64,000 bases of DNA from Spirochaetota bacterium (GTDB taxonomy: Bacteria; Spirochaetota; UBA4802; UBA5550). The position numbers and the translations under genes are program-made. How positions within the stretch are numbered: position 1 is the stretch's first letter; each line of letters starts with the position of its first letter. The stretch is from the NCBI GenBank assembly GCA_963664815.2, contig CAXXHB010000003.1, forward strand, positions 3,584,001 through 3,648,000, read 5' to 3'. Shown in pieces: positions 28,283-38,144 of the stretch. A model generated the notes under the pieces. The model worked only from the letters and a program-made list of their open reading frames with translations, was not told where the DNA came from and searched no databases.

Positions 28283-31200
28283 CTACGATTTTCCGGTACG
28301 TTTCTTCTTTGTCTCCCTGGCATGCCCGGGCGCCGGCTCCGGTTCTTCACAAGTATCTTCTTTAACAGTATTTTTTACCTTTGCATGATAAATAGTACCG
28401 CTCATCTCAAAACCGAACCCGGAAAGGAATCCTGAGACATATCCTTTCATATCTTCGGCTATATAATAGAAGCAGGGGATAAGAACCAGCGTAATAAACG
28501 TCGCGAAGATGAGCCCGTATCCGAAAGCGAGGGCAAGTGGAGCGACAAGATAATCTTTTCCGCCGAACCCGTACATTACAGGAAGAAGTTCCAGCACCAT
28601 TGAACCGGCGGTGAGAATGATAGGCCTCAGCCTTACAACACCACCTTCTACAAGCGCATCTTTAAGACTCATACCTTCATCCCTGAAGTTATTTATAAAC
28701 TGAACAAGCACAAGCGTGTTGCTTACAATAATTCCCGCAAGGCTGAAAAGCCCGAGAGTACTCATGAAAGACAAAGGCTGCCCATGAGTAAATAATGCGA
28801 ATATAACGCCCACAAGAGCAAATGGTATCGCTATCATTATAACCAGCGGCATAACAAGCGACCTTGTGAATACAGTTAGAACAACAAAGATAAATATAAG
28901 CGCAGCCATGAACAGTGCGCCCAGTTCAGCCATAGATTTATTTGTATCCTCCTGCTCACCGCCATATTTTACAATATAACCGGGGTATCTTTTCCCTATA
29001 TCTGCAAATTTCTTCTCCAGAATTTTAGTCACGTCAACCGGAGTTATTATTTTTGTATCTACATCGGCCTGTACCTGTACCAGCCTCTTGAAATTCAGCC
29101 TGTTAATCTGGGAGTAACCCTTGTCAATTTTTACATTGCTTACCGAATCAAGAGGGATTAGCCCTCCAGTCATGCCGGCAATTTTAACATCATGCAGCCC
29201 GGACATCTTTTTACGTGCGATTTCCTCAAACCTTACACGTACTCCGACCTCCTCTTCATTCTGGTTGACTTTTGTTGCAACATCGCCGGCAAAAGAGGCA
29301 TTTATAGCCGAGGCAATATCATATGCAGATACTCCGGTTAGAGCGGCCATGCTTTCGTTAACAGTGTACTGGTATTCGGTTTTACCGCTTTCGAGGTCAA
29401 CTGTTATATCACGCACACCCTTAACTGCCGGGAGATATGATGTATATTCAGTCACTATCTGTTTTATAACCTCAAAATCCTCACCCTGGATCTCAACGTT
29501 GACAGGTTTACCAACCGGCGGGCCATCAAAAACCGAATCAACTTTTATATTGAGATCCTTCGAAATAATCCCGCTTTCCTGCGCCTGCGCGATTCTGCCG
29601 CGAAGGTCGAGATTAATCGCATCTGCCTTTCTCTTCCTCTCTTTTTCCGGAACCAGATATATCTCAAAAGTACTTTTATATGTAGCTTTCCCCGGTTTCG
29701 GATCAATGATTTCAGTATACTCCTCTCCGGCATATAAGTGAAGGGCTTTAAACTCATTTTTCGGTATTGAATCCAGAATCAGCTTTTCGATTTTTTTCAT
29801 CTCATCAAGGTTAGATTCAAGATTTGTTTCAAATGGAAGTTTGACACTTATCCGTATCTGCTCCTCCCCTCCGCCAGTTACAAATTTAAAACCAATCTTC
29901 GGTACCAGCAAAAGCGATATTATAAAAAGTACTATAAGTACCCCCACAGTGAGGTATCTGTGCTTAAGGGCAGCCGTTATAAATCCTTTGTACAGGTTCT
30001 GAATCTGACCGAACAGGCCTTCCTCAATATTATCATCTTCTTTCTGAACTTTTTTAAGGAAGCGGTCGATTTTATTTCCGAATATTCCCGAGAATATTTT
30101 CTGAGGCAGAGTCTCACCTCTTCTATCCCCGGTTTTTTTATGGGCTTCTCCGAGAAACATATTAAAATACATCGGGAGAACAAACATAGCTATAAACCAT
30201 GAAGCAATAAGCGTTATAATTATTACTGTTGGTATTGCCTTTACAAACTTCCCGATCATACCAGACACAAGCAGCAGGGGCATGAAAGCCGCAACTATAC
30301 ATATAAGTGTCACAGTAACAGACAGAAACACCTCGGATACACCCTTCTCGACAGCATCCCTCCTCTTCAGTCCATGCTCCATGTATCTGTGACTGTTTTC
30401 AGCAATAACAATGCTGAAATCAACCATCATGCCAAGAACCATAATCATTCCGAAAAGGCTTACAATATTAATGGTTATTCCCTGGTATCTAAGAGCAATG
30501 AAAGTCACCATGAAGGTTACAGGTATACCAGCGAGGACAAGTCCTGACATTCGCCGGCCGAGAAGCATAAACATAAAAATCCCGAGAATAATAAATCCGA
30601 GAACCGCCTCGTGGACAACAGAGGATATTCTTGAACTGGTCATTTCACTCTGATCATTGAACATTGAGATATTGACATCTTCATACCCCGGCAAGGAATA
30701 TGCCGCGACAGCTTTCTTAATACGTTCGGCAAGTTCAATTTCATCGGCGCTTCTCTTCTTCCATAGTTTGAATATTACAGCTTGCTTTCCGTTAAACCGA
30801 TGATGAACATCTGCCTCTTCATAGGTATCTGTAACTTTGGCGATATCGCCTATTCTTAAAGAATAGCCTGTATCGTTACCCCTTATTACAGTATTCCTGA
30901 CCTCATCAGTATTTTTGAACTGCCCTTTTGTACGCAGAACAAATTCCTTTTTACCGATCCTGAGAGCCCCCCCCGGGAAATCTATATTGCGCATTTTAAG
31001 CGCGTTAACAAGCGTATTCATCCCTATCCTGTACTTGTCAAGTGCATCGGGATCAACTTCAACGAGGTACTCCCTGTCGTAATAGCCGAGCTTCTCCACC
31101 TCGGCTATACCATCAATGTCATAGAAAAAATTCTCCGAGCTGTTTGCGAATTCACGGAGCCTTGAATACGGCACATTGCTGTCCTTACCGGTAAAAGCAA

Positions 31201-31624
31201 CACTTACAAGTTCTGTATTGTCAAATGTTACCTCAGCCACAAGAGGTTTTTGAGCGTTAGCAGGGAGCCCTCCGACCTGCTCCACAGCGTCCTTGATATC
31301 CTGTACAATCTTCTTTTTGTCACTTGCCTTATCCTCGATAAAGACAACTATTAACGAAACGTTTTCAACATTATAAGCCCTTACCTTGTCGAGATTGCTT
31401 ATACTGCGGAGCTTCTTTTCGATAGGTATGGATATAAGCTCCTCCGCATCGGATGGCGAGGCGCCCGGATATATGGTGGTTATAGTCACCATATCAAATT
31501 TAATATCCGGGATGGATTCCCTGTTTATTCCGGAAAATGAAAAAATTCCGGCCAGCACAATGATTACCACAACAAGATTGATCAGCAGCTTCTGATCAAG
31601 CAGATAACTAATTACCTTTTTCAT
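28283..31624 (-). CDS. RND efflux permease (AcrB/AcrD/AcrF family)
   Basis: YPGASP, GMMVD, GPPVGKP, RLRPIILT, PLALAFGYGL; 1113 aa. Confidence 0.93.
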   Translation of the reverse strand: MKKVISYLLDQKLLINLVVVIIVLAGIFSFSGINRESIPDIKFDMVTITTIYPGASPSDAEELISIPIEKKLRSISNLDKVRAYNVENVSLIVVFIEDKASDKKKIVQDIKDAVEQVGGLPANAQKPLVAEVTFDNTELVSVAFTGKDSNVPYSRLREFANSSENFFYDIDGIAEVEKLGYYDREYLVEVDPDALDKYRIGMNTLVNALKMRNIDFPGGALRIGKKEFVLRTKGQFKNTDEVRNTVIRGNDTGYSLRIGDIAKVTDTYEEADVHHRFNGKQAVIFKLWKKRSADEIELAERIKKAVAAYSLPGYEDVNISMFNDQSEMTSSRISSVVHEAVLGFIILGIFMFMLLGRRMSGLVLAGIPVTFMVTFIALRYQGITINIVSLFGMIMVLGMMVDFSIVIAENSHRYMEHGLKRRDAVEKGVSEVFLSVTVTLICIVAAFMPLLLVSGMIGKFVKAIPTVIIITLIASWFIAMFVLPMYFNMFLGEAHKKTGDRRGETLPQKIFSGIFGNKIDRFLKKVQKEDDNIEEGLFGQIQNLYKGFITAALKHRYLTVGVLIVLFIISLLLVPKIGFKFVTGGGEEQIRISVKLPFETNLESNLDEMKKIEKLILDSIPKNEFKALHLYAGEEYTEIIDPKPGKATYKSTFEIYLVPEKERKRKADAINLDLRGRIAQAQESGIISKDLNIKVDSVFDGPPVGKPVNVEIQGEDFEVIKQIVTEYTSYLPAVKGVRDITVDLESGKTEYQYTVNESMAALTGVSAYDIASAINASFAGDVATKVNQNEEEVGVRVRFEEIARKKMSGLHDVKIAGMTGGLIPLDSVSNVKIDKGYSQINRLNFKRLVQVQADVDTKIITPVDVTKILEKKFADIGKRYPGYIVKYGGEQEDTNKSMAELGALFMAALIFIFVVLTVFTRSLVMPLVIMIAIPFALVGVIFALFTHGQPLSFMSTLGLFSLAGIIVSNTLVLVQFINNFRDEGMSLKDALVEGGVVRLRPIILTAGSMVLELLPVMYGFGGKDYLVAPLALAFGYGLIFATFITLVLIPCFYYIAEDMKGYVSGFLSGFGFEMSGTIYHAKVKNTVKEDTCEEPEPAPGHARETKKKRTGKS

Positions 31625-31631
31625 AAATACC

Positions 31632-32291
31632 TCATGACGCCTTATTCTTTTTTATCTGTGTCTCTTCCTGAAAACTTACCATAATGCCATTCATAATCAG
31701 ATCTATGACACTCCTCTTTCTCTCTTCCATAAATTGTGCTTCATCAATAACCTCTATTTCAAAAACCTCGGTAATGGAATGTGAAAGAAAATATATAATA
31801 ACCATTCCCACCATGCTGATAACAAGTTGATCCGTATCTATATCACGAATGCGCTTTTCAGATTTCCCCTTTTCAATAAAACTCTTGAATATTATTGTTG
31901 TATTATTATCCCTCTCCAGTTCTTTTATATATTTCATAGTGACAGCAATCTCCTCAGCTCCGTTGCTCATGGCATCTATCATTATTTTTGTATAATTCAT
32001 GTTCTCCAGAAAAAATGAAAGTTGTCTTGAAATGTAATTTGAAATTACCTCTTCATAGCTTTTCTCATTCTTAATATCTTCATATGTAGCAAAGGCAAGT
32101 GACTCTCGTGCCTTTGCCAGTACAAATTTCAGGACCTCCAGGTAGAGATCATCTTTATTATGAAAAATATAATAGATCATGGCCTTGTTTATATGTGCAA
32201 GAGCGGCAATCTCCTCCATATGAGCTCCATGCCTCCCCTTTCTTGCAAAAACCGGTATAGCCGCGTTTAAAATTCTCTCTCTGCTTGTCAT
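31632..32291 (-). CDS. TetR/AcrR family regulator
   Basis: RERILNAAIPVFARKGRHGAHMEEIAALAHINKAMIYYIFHNK. Confidence 0.92.
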   Translation of the reverse strand: MTSRERILNAAIPVFARKGRHGAHMEEIAALAHINKAMIYYIFHNKDDLYLEVLKFVLAKARESLAFATYEDIKNEKSYEEVISNYISRQLSFFLENMNYTKIMIDAMSNGAEEIAVTMKYIKELERDNNTTIIFKSFIEKGKSEKRIRDIDTDQLVISMVGMVIIYFLSHSITEVFEIEVIDEAQFMEERKRSVIDLIMNGIMVSFQEETQIKKNKAS

Positions 32292-32341
32292 AATATTGCT
32301 CCTGATTGACCAGTTAATTTAACGGTTCAGTTAAATACATT

Positions 32342-32367
32342 TATTTAATTAACCGGTTAATTAAATA
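32342..32367. promoter_or_regulatory. perfect 26-bp palindrome, probable TetR operator
   Basis: TATTTAATTAACCGGTTAATTAAATA; related imperfect site ATTTAACggttcaGTTAAAT at about 32317-32336. Confidence 0.7.
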
Positions 32368-32533
32368 CTGACAAGATTTTTTTATTAACCGATGGGGTTT
32401 ATTTTTATAATAATAAAAAAACTCAACGAGTGCAGAAAAATACCTTTATAAGAATTTTTTTGTTCTGCATTTTACCGGGAAATTCCCAAAAATTTAATTA
32501 TATTGGTGGTATATTCCTTACAGGAGGCAACTT

Positions 32534-33364
32534 ATGTCACCGTCAAAAGATAAAGAAAATCTTGAAAAAATGATAAAAGAGAGAAAACTTCATGAATACG
32601 ATTCAGCAGATCGCGACAGGCTGATTCAAAAAAGACGCATGGAAGAATTCGGTCAACCGCTGCGTGAAGAAATTATAAAAGAGAAACGGATGCATGAAGA
32701 TGACCTTTCCGACAGGGAAAGGCTTATAAAAATAAGGCTGCTTGAAGAGGATGAAAGCAAAATCCGTGACAGAATTATTGAAGAAAAACGGATGCATGAA
32801 ATGGATGTCAGCGACAGAGACAGGCTTATAAAAATAAGGCTGCTTGAGGAGAACGAAAAAAAGATCCGTGACAGGATCATTGAAGAAAAGCATATGCATG
32901 AAATGGATATCAGCGACAGGGACAGACTTATCAGAATCAGAATACTCGAAGAGGATGAAAGAAAAGTCCGTGATGAGATCATTAAAGAAAAACGGATGCA
33001 TGAACTCGACCCCAGCGACAGGGATATACTTATCAGGCTGAAACGGCTCGAAGAGAATGAAAAAAATATCCGGGATACAATAATTGAAGAAAAACGGATG
33101 CATGAACTCTATCCCAACGACAGGGATATACTCATTGAAATCAGGAAGCTTGAAGAGAATGAAAAAAATATCCGCGATGAGATAATCAAAGAAAAACGGA
33201 TGCATGAACTCGACCCCAATGACAGGGATATACTTATCAGACTGAAACGGCTCGAAGAGGATGAAAAAAATATCCGTGACGCAATTATCAGGGAGAGAAG
33301 AGTGCGCGAATCGGATATCAGTGACAGGGACAGGCTTATTAAAACGCGACGCTCTGAGGAATAA
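32534..33364 (+). CDS. highly charged 34-aa tandem-repeat protein
   Basis: RBS AGGAGG; about 7.6 units of KRMHExDxxDRDxLIxxxxLEExExxIRDxIIxE (102-bp period). Confidence 0.85.
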   Translation: MSPSKDKENLEKMIKERKLHEYDSADRDRLIQKRRMEEFGQPLREEIIKEKRMHEDDLSDRERLIKIRLLEEDESKIRDRIIEEKRMHEMDVSDRDRLIKIRLLEENEKKIRDRIIEEKHMHEMDISDRDRLIRIRILEEDERKVRDEIIKEKRMHELDPSDRDILIRLKRLEENEKNIRDTIIEEKRMHELYPNDRDILIEIRKLEENEKNIRDEIIKEKRMHELDPNDRDILIRLKRLEEDEKNIRDAIIRERRVRESDISDRDRLIKTRRSEE

Positions 33365-33388
33365 TCCCGGTTTCAACAAAACAGCATT

Positions 33389-33418
33389 TTCAGGCCGCGA
33401 ACGGGGCCGCGGTCTGAA
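33389..33418. terminator. hairpin between convergent genes
   Basis: TTCAGGCCGCG-aacggggc-CGCGGTCTGAA. Confidence 0.55.
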
Positions 33419-33436
33419 TTAAAAGGGTTTTAACTA

Positions 33437-34528
33437 TCACAATGCCGGGTAATCAGTATAACCTTTCGGTCCACGGGTATAGAAAGTGTTCTTGTCCCAC
33501 TGAGCCAGTTCCGCTTTCTCCGCGAATCTCTCCGCAAGATCGGGATTTGATATAAAGAGTTTTCCATAGGCAACAAGATCGGCATCCCCTTCATCTATAA
33601 CCCTGTTCCCGCTCTCCCGGTCGAAATTGCTGTTAATTATCAGCGTCCCCTTGTACATCGGCCTGTACCTTTTTGCAATATGAGTTTCAGCGCCGGGGAC
33701 ATTTGTCACATCAGTAAAGGGTTCGGAAAGATGGAGGTACGCAAGGCTGTAGTTGTTAAGCTTTTTCACAATGTAATCAAATGTCGGGAGAGTCTCCTCA
33801 TCAACCGTAATGCCGAACGCTTCATGAAACGAGGGATTAAGCCTTGTTCCAATCCGGTTTTCCGGAATATATTTTTTCACTTCTTCTATTACTTCGAAGA
33901 GAATCCTTGCCCGGTTTTCTATCGATCCACCGTACTCATCAGTCCTTATGTTAGAACAACGACTGAAGAACTGGTGAAAGAGGTATCCGTTAGAAGAATG
34001 TATCTCAACACCGTCGAATCCTGCATTCACTGCATTTTTCGCGCCTCTCCCGAAATCCGCAATTGTCTCCTTAATCTCATCAGTTGTCATAGCCTTCGGA
34101 GCGACCGTTTCCTTGAATCCGGCCGGGGTAAATGCCTGTGATTTCGGATTTATCGCAGAGGCTGAAAGCGGCAGTTCGCCTTTATGAAAATCCGGATGTG
34201 ACATTCTCCCCACATGCCATAACTGTATAAAAATCCTCCCCCCTCTGTCATGGACAGCTTTTGTAATCTTCTTCCATCCCTCAACCTGTTCCTCCGAATA
34301 TATCCCCGGCGTGTTTACATAACCTACGGCACGCTTTGACACCTGGGCTCCTTCGGATATAATAAGACCCGCAGATGATCTCTGCCCGTAGTATTCTGCC
34401 ATAAGATCTGTCGGAACATTCCCGGGATTATCCGATCTGCTGCGCGTCATCGGCGCCATGACCAGCCGGTTTTTCAGCAGAATACCGCTCATGTTATATT
34501 CTTTCAAAAGTGATTGTTCATTGGACAT
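33437..34528 (-). CDS. Old Yellow Enzyme family alkene reductase (NemA-like)
   Basis: MAPMTRSR, QLWHVGR, GFDGVEIHSSNGYL, RTDEYGGSIENR, GYTDYP. Confidence 0.93.
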   Translation of the reverse strand: MSNEQSLLKEYNMSGILLKNRLVMAPMTRSRSDNPGNVPTDLMAEYYGQRSSAGLIISEGAQVSKRAVGYVNTPGIYSEEQVEGWKKITKAVHDRGGRIFIQLWHVGRMSHPDFHKGELPLSASAINPKSQAFTPAGFKETVAPKAMTTDEIKETIADFGRGAKNAVNAGFDGVEIHSSNGYLFHQFFSRCSNIRTDEYGGSIENRARILFEVIEEVKKYIPENRIGTRLNPSFHEAFGITVDEETLPTFDYIVKKLNNYSLAYLHLSEPFTDVTNVPGAETHIAKRYRPMYKGTLIINSNFDRESGNRVIDEGDADLVAYGKLFISNPDLAERFAEKAELAQWDKNTFYTRGPKGYTDYPAL

Positions 34529-34795
34529 ATAATACCTCTGCCTGAATTTATTTGTATATCATAAAAGCAATATACATCAATTCGATACCGGAGTAAAGAG
34601 AAAGTTACATTTATAACCATTTTCATTTTTTTGAAACTTTTAACATATAATTTACTCTTTCTTTAAATATAAACCTGAAAAAAGATATACAGGCTGCATG
34701 CAATTCAGAGTACTAACAGTGATAAATAATATTTTATCTACAGGAACATCCGTGATAAATCCCGGTTTATAGAACTTAAAAAACAGGTTAAACAC

Positions 34796-35860
34796 ATGTT
34801 ATTAAACAAAAAAATATATATACTTATCACAGGAATTTTTATGACAACTACAATTCTCTATGCCCTTCAGGGTAACTCCCGTGAGGGTTTCGATGAAACA
34901 GCCTGGAAAATGGCTGCTTCGTCCCATGAAAGGTCTCTTTTCCATTCAGAACATGAAAGAGACGGAAGATATTTCAATCCCTGGATGCCTATGCCGGAAA
35001 TGGGTATATCCAGAATGCTTAAGTGGCGATTTTCCGGGAAGCCGGTTTACTCGGATGAGGAAAAGAGCTTTCTTCCTGAAGTAAAAACGCTCACAGCGGA
35101 TTATATAAACAACAGCGATAATTTTATTGTATGGCTGGGACACGCTTCAATGCTTATAAAGGCTTCCGGAAAAGTTTTCATGATTGATCCTGTCTTCGGT
35201 GAAATTCCGTTTGTTAAAAAACGAAGAGTACCTTCAGCGCTGAGTTATAAAGAGGCATCAAAAATCAGCGGAGAAGTGACGGTTCTCCTTACACATAATC
35301 ACTATGATCATTTTGATGAAGACAGCATAGAAAGTCTGCCGCAGGGTACAAAGTTTATAGTACCTCACGGACTTGCATCTTCCGTAAAGAGTATAAGAGA
35401 TGGTGAGGTGAGAGAAACAGACTGGTGGGATGAAATAAACTCCGGCAATATTAAGATTGTTTTTTTGCCTTCACAGCACTGGTCAAAACGCGGTTTCTTT
35501 GATACAAACAAATCGCTGTGGGGTTCCTATCTTATCGACACAGGGAAAAAGAAAATCTTTATCTGCGGCGACACCGGTTATTCAACTGTATATAAAGAGA
35601 TAGCCATGAAATATCCGGGAATCGACTATGCGTTCATGTCAACCGGCGCATCACAACCCAGATGGTTTATGCACTACAGCCATCAGAATGAACCGGAGGC
35701 TCTGCGTGGTTTTAATGATATCGGCGCAAAATATTTTATCCCGATTCACTGGGGTTCCTTTGCGCTGGGAGATGAACCTGCCGGTTATCCGGCACTTCAT
35801 TTAAAAAAACTGTTCCCTGAAGCTATAATTACCGATGAAGGTGGGATTATTAAACTGTAA
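34796..35860 (+). CDS. MBL-fold metallo-hydrolase (NAPE-PLD/RomA-like), exported
   Basis: WLGHAS, THNHYDH, QHWS, GDTGY, PIHWG. Confidence 0.88.
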   Translation: MLLNKKIYILITGIFMTTTILYALQGNSREGFDETAWKMAASSHERSLFHSEHERDGRYFNPWMPMPEMGISRMLKWRFSGKPVYSDEEKSFLPEVKTLTADYINNSDNFIVWLGHASMLIKASGKVFMIDPVFGEIPFVKKRRVPSALSYKEASKISGEVTVLLTHNHYDHFDEDSIESLPQGTKFIVPHGLASSVKSIRDGEVRETDWWDEINSGNIKIVFLPSQHWSKRGFFDTNKSLWGSYLIDTGKKKIFICGDTGYSTVYKEIAMKYPGIDYAFMSTGASQPRWFMHYSHQNEPEALRGFNDIGAKYFIPIHWGSFALGDEPAGYPALHLKKLFPEAIITDEGGIIKL

Positions 35861-35863
35861 TAT

Positions 35864-36826
35864 CTATTCGATGCAGCTGATCCTGTTTCTTCCGCTCTCT
35901 TTTGCCCTGTAGAGGGATTCATCCGCCTTCTGCTTAAAGGTTACAATATCCGTCGCCGTTTCAGGGTATGAACTTGCGCCGATACTTGTGGTTATCGCAA
36001 TATCATGGCCTTTAAGATGCCTGGAAAAGTCGAAACTCTCCACACTTGCACGTATCTCCTCGGCATACTCAACCGACATATTTAAATCAGTGTCCGGAAG
36101 AAGTATTGAAAATTCGTCTCCGCCGTATCGTGCCAGAATTCCATGCTTGCTGATTATTCTCTTTATTATGCCTGCGAATTCAACTATAACTCCATTACCC
36201 GCATCCTGTCCTGCCAATTCATTGACCATTCTGAAGTTATCTATATCGAGCATAAGGAAGGTGAGAGGTTTGTTGTTGCTCTGCGATAAATAAAAAAAGT
36301 TTTCAAGCGCATCATCAAGAAAAGCCCGATTATACAAACCTGTAAGATCATCCGTTATAACCCTTCGGCTCGCTTTTTCACCCCACTCAACAACATCCGC
36401 AAGAAACCTGCTTGATCTTCTCAGCTGCATTATTGTATGACTTAAAAGTTTTGATATCAGTTTTATTGAATATTCAGGCATTGTTTCAATCATATCCCGG
36501 AAATCAGCCTCTTCAATTACAAGCAATTCACTTACACCTGAAGATGTATAAGAATCGACTGACGGTTTATTTCCGAAAATTGACAGCTCGCCGAAGACAT
36601 CCCCCTTCTTATACTCCGCCTGCCTGCGTTCAATACTCCCCGGGAGTTTAAGTGCGCTGAGTATTTTACCGCTCTTTACTATATATAATTCCTTTTTTAA
36701 CTCTCCCGGACTGATTACAGGCTCTTTGTCATTAAATATTTTCTGCTTAATGAATTTCTGCAGAACATCAAGCTCACCCTTCTCATATCCGGAAAACATC
36801 TCCAGTTCTTTTAATGTATTTACCAT
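35864..36826 (-). CDS. cNMP-binding domain plus diguanylate cyclase (intact GGDEF)
   Basis: FGEL cNMP fold; DDLTGLYNR, DIDNF, RYGGDEF. Confidence 0.9.
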   Translation of the reverse strand: MVNTLKELEMFSGYEKGELDVLQKFIKQKIFNDKEPVISPGELKKELYIVKSGKILSALKLPGSIERRQAEYKKGDVFGELSIFGNKPSVDSYTSSGVSELLVIEEADFRDMIETMPEYSIKLISKLLSHTIMQLRRSSRFLADVVEWGEKASRRVITDDLTGLYNRAFLDDALENFFYLSQSNNKPLTFLMLDIDNFRMVNELAGQDAGNGVIVEFAGIIKRIISKHGILARYGGDEFSILLPDTDLNMSVEYAEEIRASVESFDFSRHLKGHDIAITTSIGASSYPETATDIVTFKQKADESLYRAKESGRNRISCIE

Positions 36827-36838
36827 TATATCACCCGT

Positions 36839-37804
36839 TTATGCAATAATTTTATCCCCGCCCTGACCACGTGCAGCCATCATCTTTTCACGGGCAATAT
36901 TTACAAGGTCTGCACTGCTTCCAGTATCATCCGGATACATGGCTATACCTATGCTTACCCTGATATTCACTCCATCAGAACCGGTTACAGCTTTCAAATC
37001 TATGTTGTATAAAGTTGAACGGAGGTCACCCGCTATCTTCAGGGCTGTTTCCCTGTCGGTATCGATAAGTATAGCCGCATATTCATCCCCTCTGACCCTG
37101 ACCCCTATATCATTCTCACGAAGATCAGACTGAAGAAATATTGCCATAAGGTTAAGCACCTGATCCCCGGCTTCATGCCCGAAACGGTCATTTATCTCTT
37201 TGAAATTGTCAGGCTTAATCATTAAAAAAGCCGCATTTCTCCCTATCTCGGGAAGCAGATTAACAAAGTCCTCTTTCAGAAATATCTGGTTGTAAAGCCC
37301 TGTCATCTTATCGCATAACAGCTGTTTCCTCAGATCCTGGAGCCAGTGGGTTTTATCAAAAAGCATTTTATTTACATTCCATATCCTTTCAGACACAACT
37401 CCAAGCAGACTGTAAAGCAACCGGGCAAAAATTACCGGATGTTCGCTGAAGAGTTCAGCGGGGGTATACTTTATCGCCGGAAATTTAAGAAGCTGCGAGT
37501 CCTCCTCGGCAAAAGCTGCGGCGCTCCTCTCTGTCCTGCCGAGAAAATCAAATTCGCCGAAAGATTCATTAACGGCTATCTGGGCGATCCTGGCATCGTC
37601 TTTCTCAAGGCTGATTATTCCGACTCTGCCGCTCTCCACCACATAGAGTTCATCCGCTGAAGCCCCCTGTCTGAAGATTGGTTCTCCCCGTTTCACCCTG
37701 ACAAACTCACTGTATCTGGCAATTATATCGAGTTCATATTCACGAAGATCGGAAAAAATATCAATTTTTCTGAGCAATTCAACTTTCTCTTCTTTAAGTG
37801 CCAT
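36839..37804 (-). CDS. cNMP-binding domain plus degenerate GGDEF domain
   Basis: FGEFDFLGRTERSA; DKMTGLYN, KPDNF, RVRGDEY. Confidence 0.88.
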   Translation of the reverse strand: MALKEEKVELLRKIDIFSDLREYELDIIARYSEFVRVKRGEPIFRQGASADELYVVESGRVGIISLEKDDARIAQIAVNESFGEFDFLGRTERSAAAFAEEDSQLLKFPAIKYTPAELFSEHPVIFARLLYSLLGVVSERIWNVNKMLFDKTHWLQDLRKQLLCDKMTGLYNQIFLKEDFVNLLPEIGRNAAFLMIKPDNFKEINDRFGHEAGDQVLNLMAIFLQSDLRENDIGVRVRGDEYAAILIDTDRETALKIAGDLRSTLYNIDLKAVTGSDGVNIRVSIGIAMYPDDTGSSADLVNIAREKMMAARGQGGDKIIA

Positions 37805-38144
37805 ATTATTTATTATCCGGTATATTTATCATAAGTTAAACCGACAGGTAAGAACTAATAATACTTACATGGGTTTGCATAAACTTATCGTTAACCGGCA
37901 AATTTAAAAATCAAGAAATTTATTACTCATTTAACGAATAAACAGGATCACTCCGTTTTCTTCCCGGAGAATGTTCAGGGGAATGAAAGATGAAACCCTT
38001 TATCCTCAGGAGGTATCACGCCACCGGAAAGATTGTATCACCTTTTTTACCTGTAAAATTAAAAAGTCATAAAAGACGCCCTTTTTTATTTTTTCCCGGT
38101 AAAAATCAATATATTAAACTATGCCACATACTGAGGAGGTTTTT

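Noticed and set aside
32603-33379. 258-aa minus-strand ORF
   Set aside because: Antisense shadow of the repeat gene; the plus strand has the RBS
37930-38100. Riboswitch upstream of the MCP
   Set aside because: No recognisable c-di-GMP or glycine aptamer consensus; would need an Rfam scan
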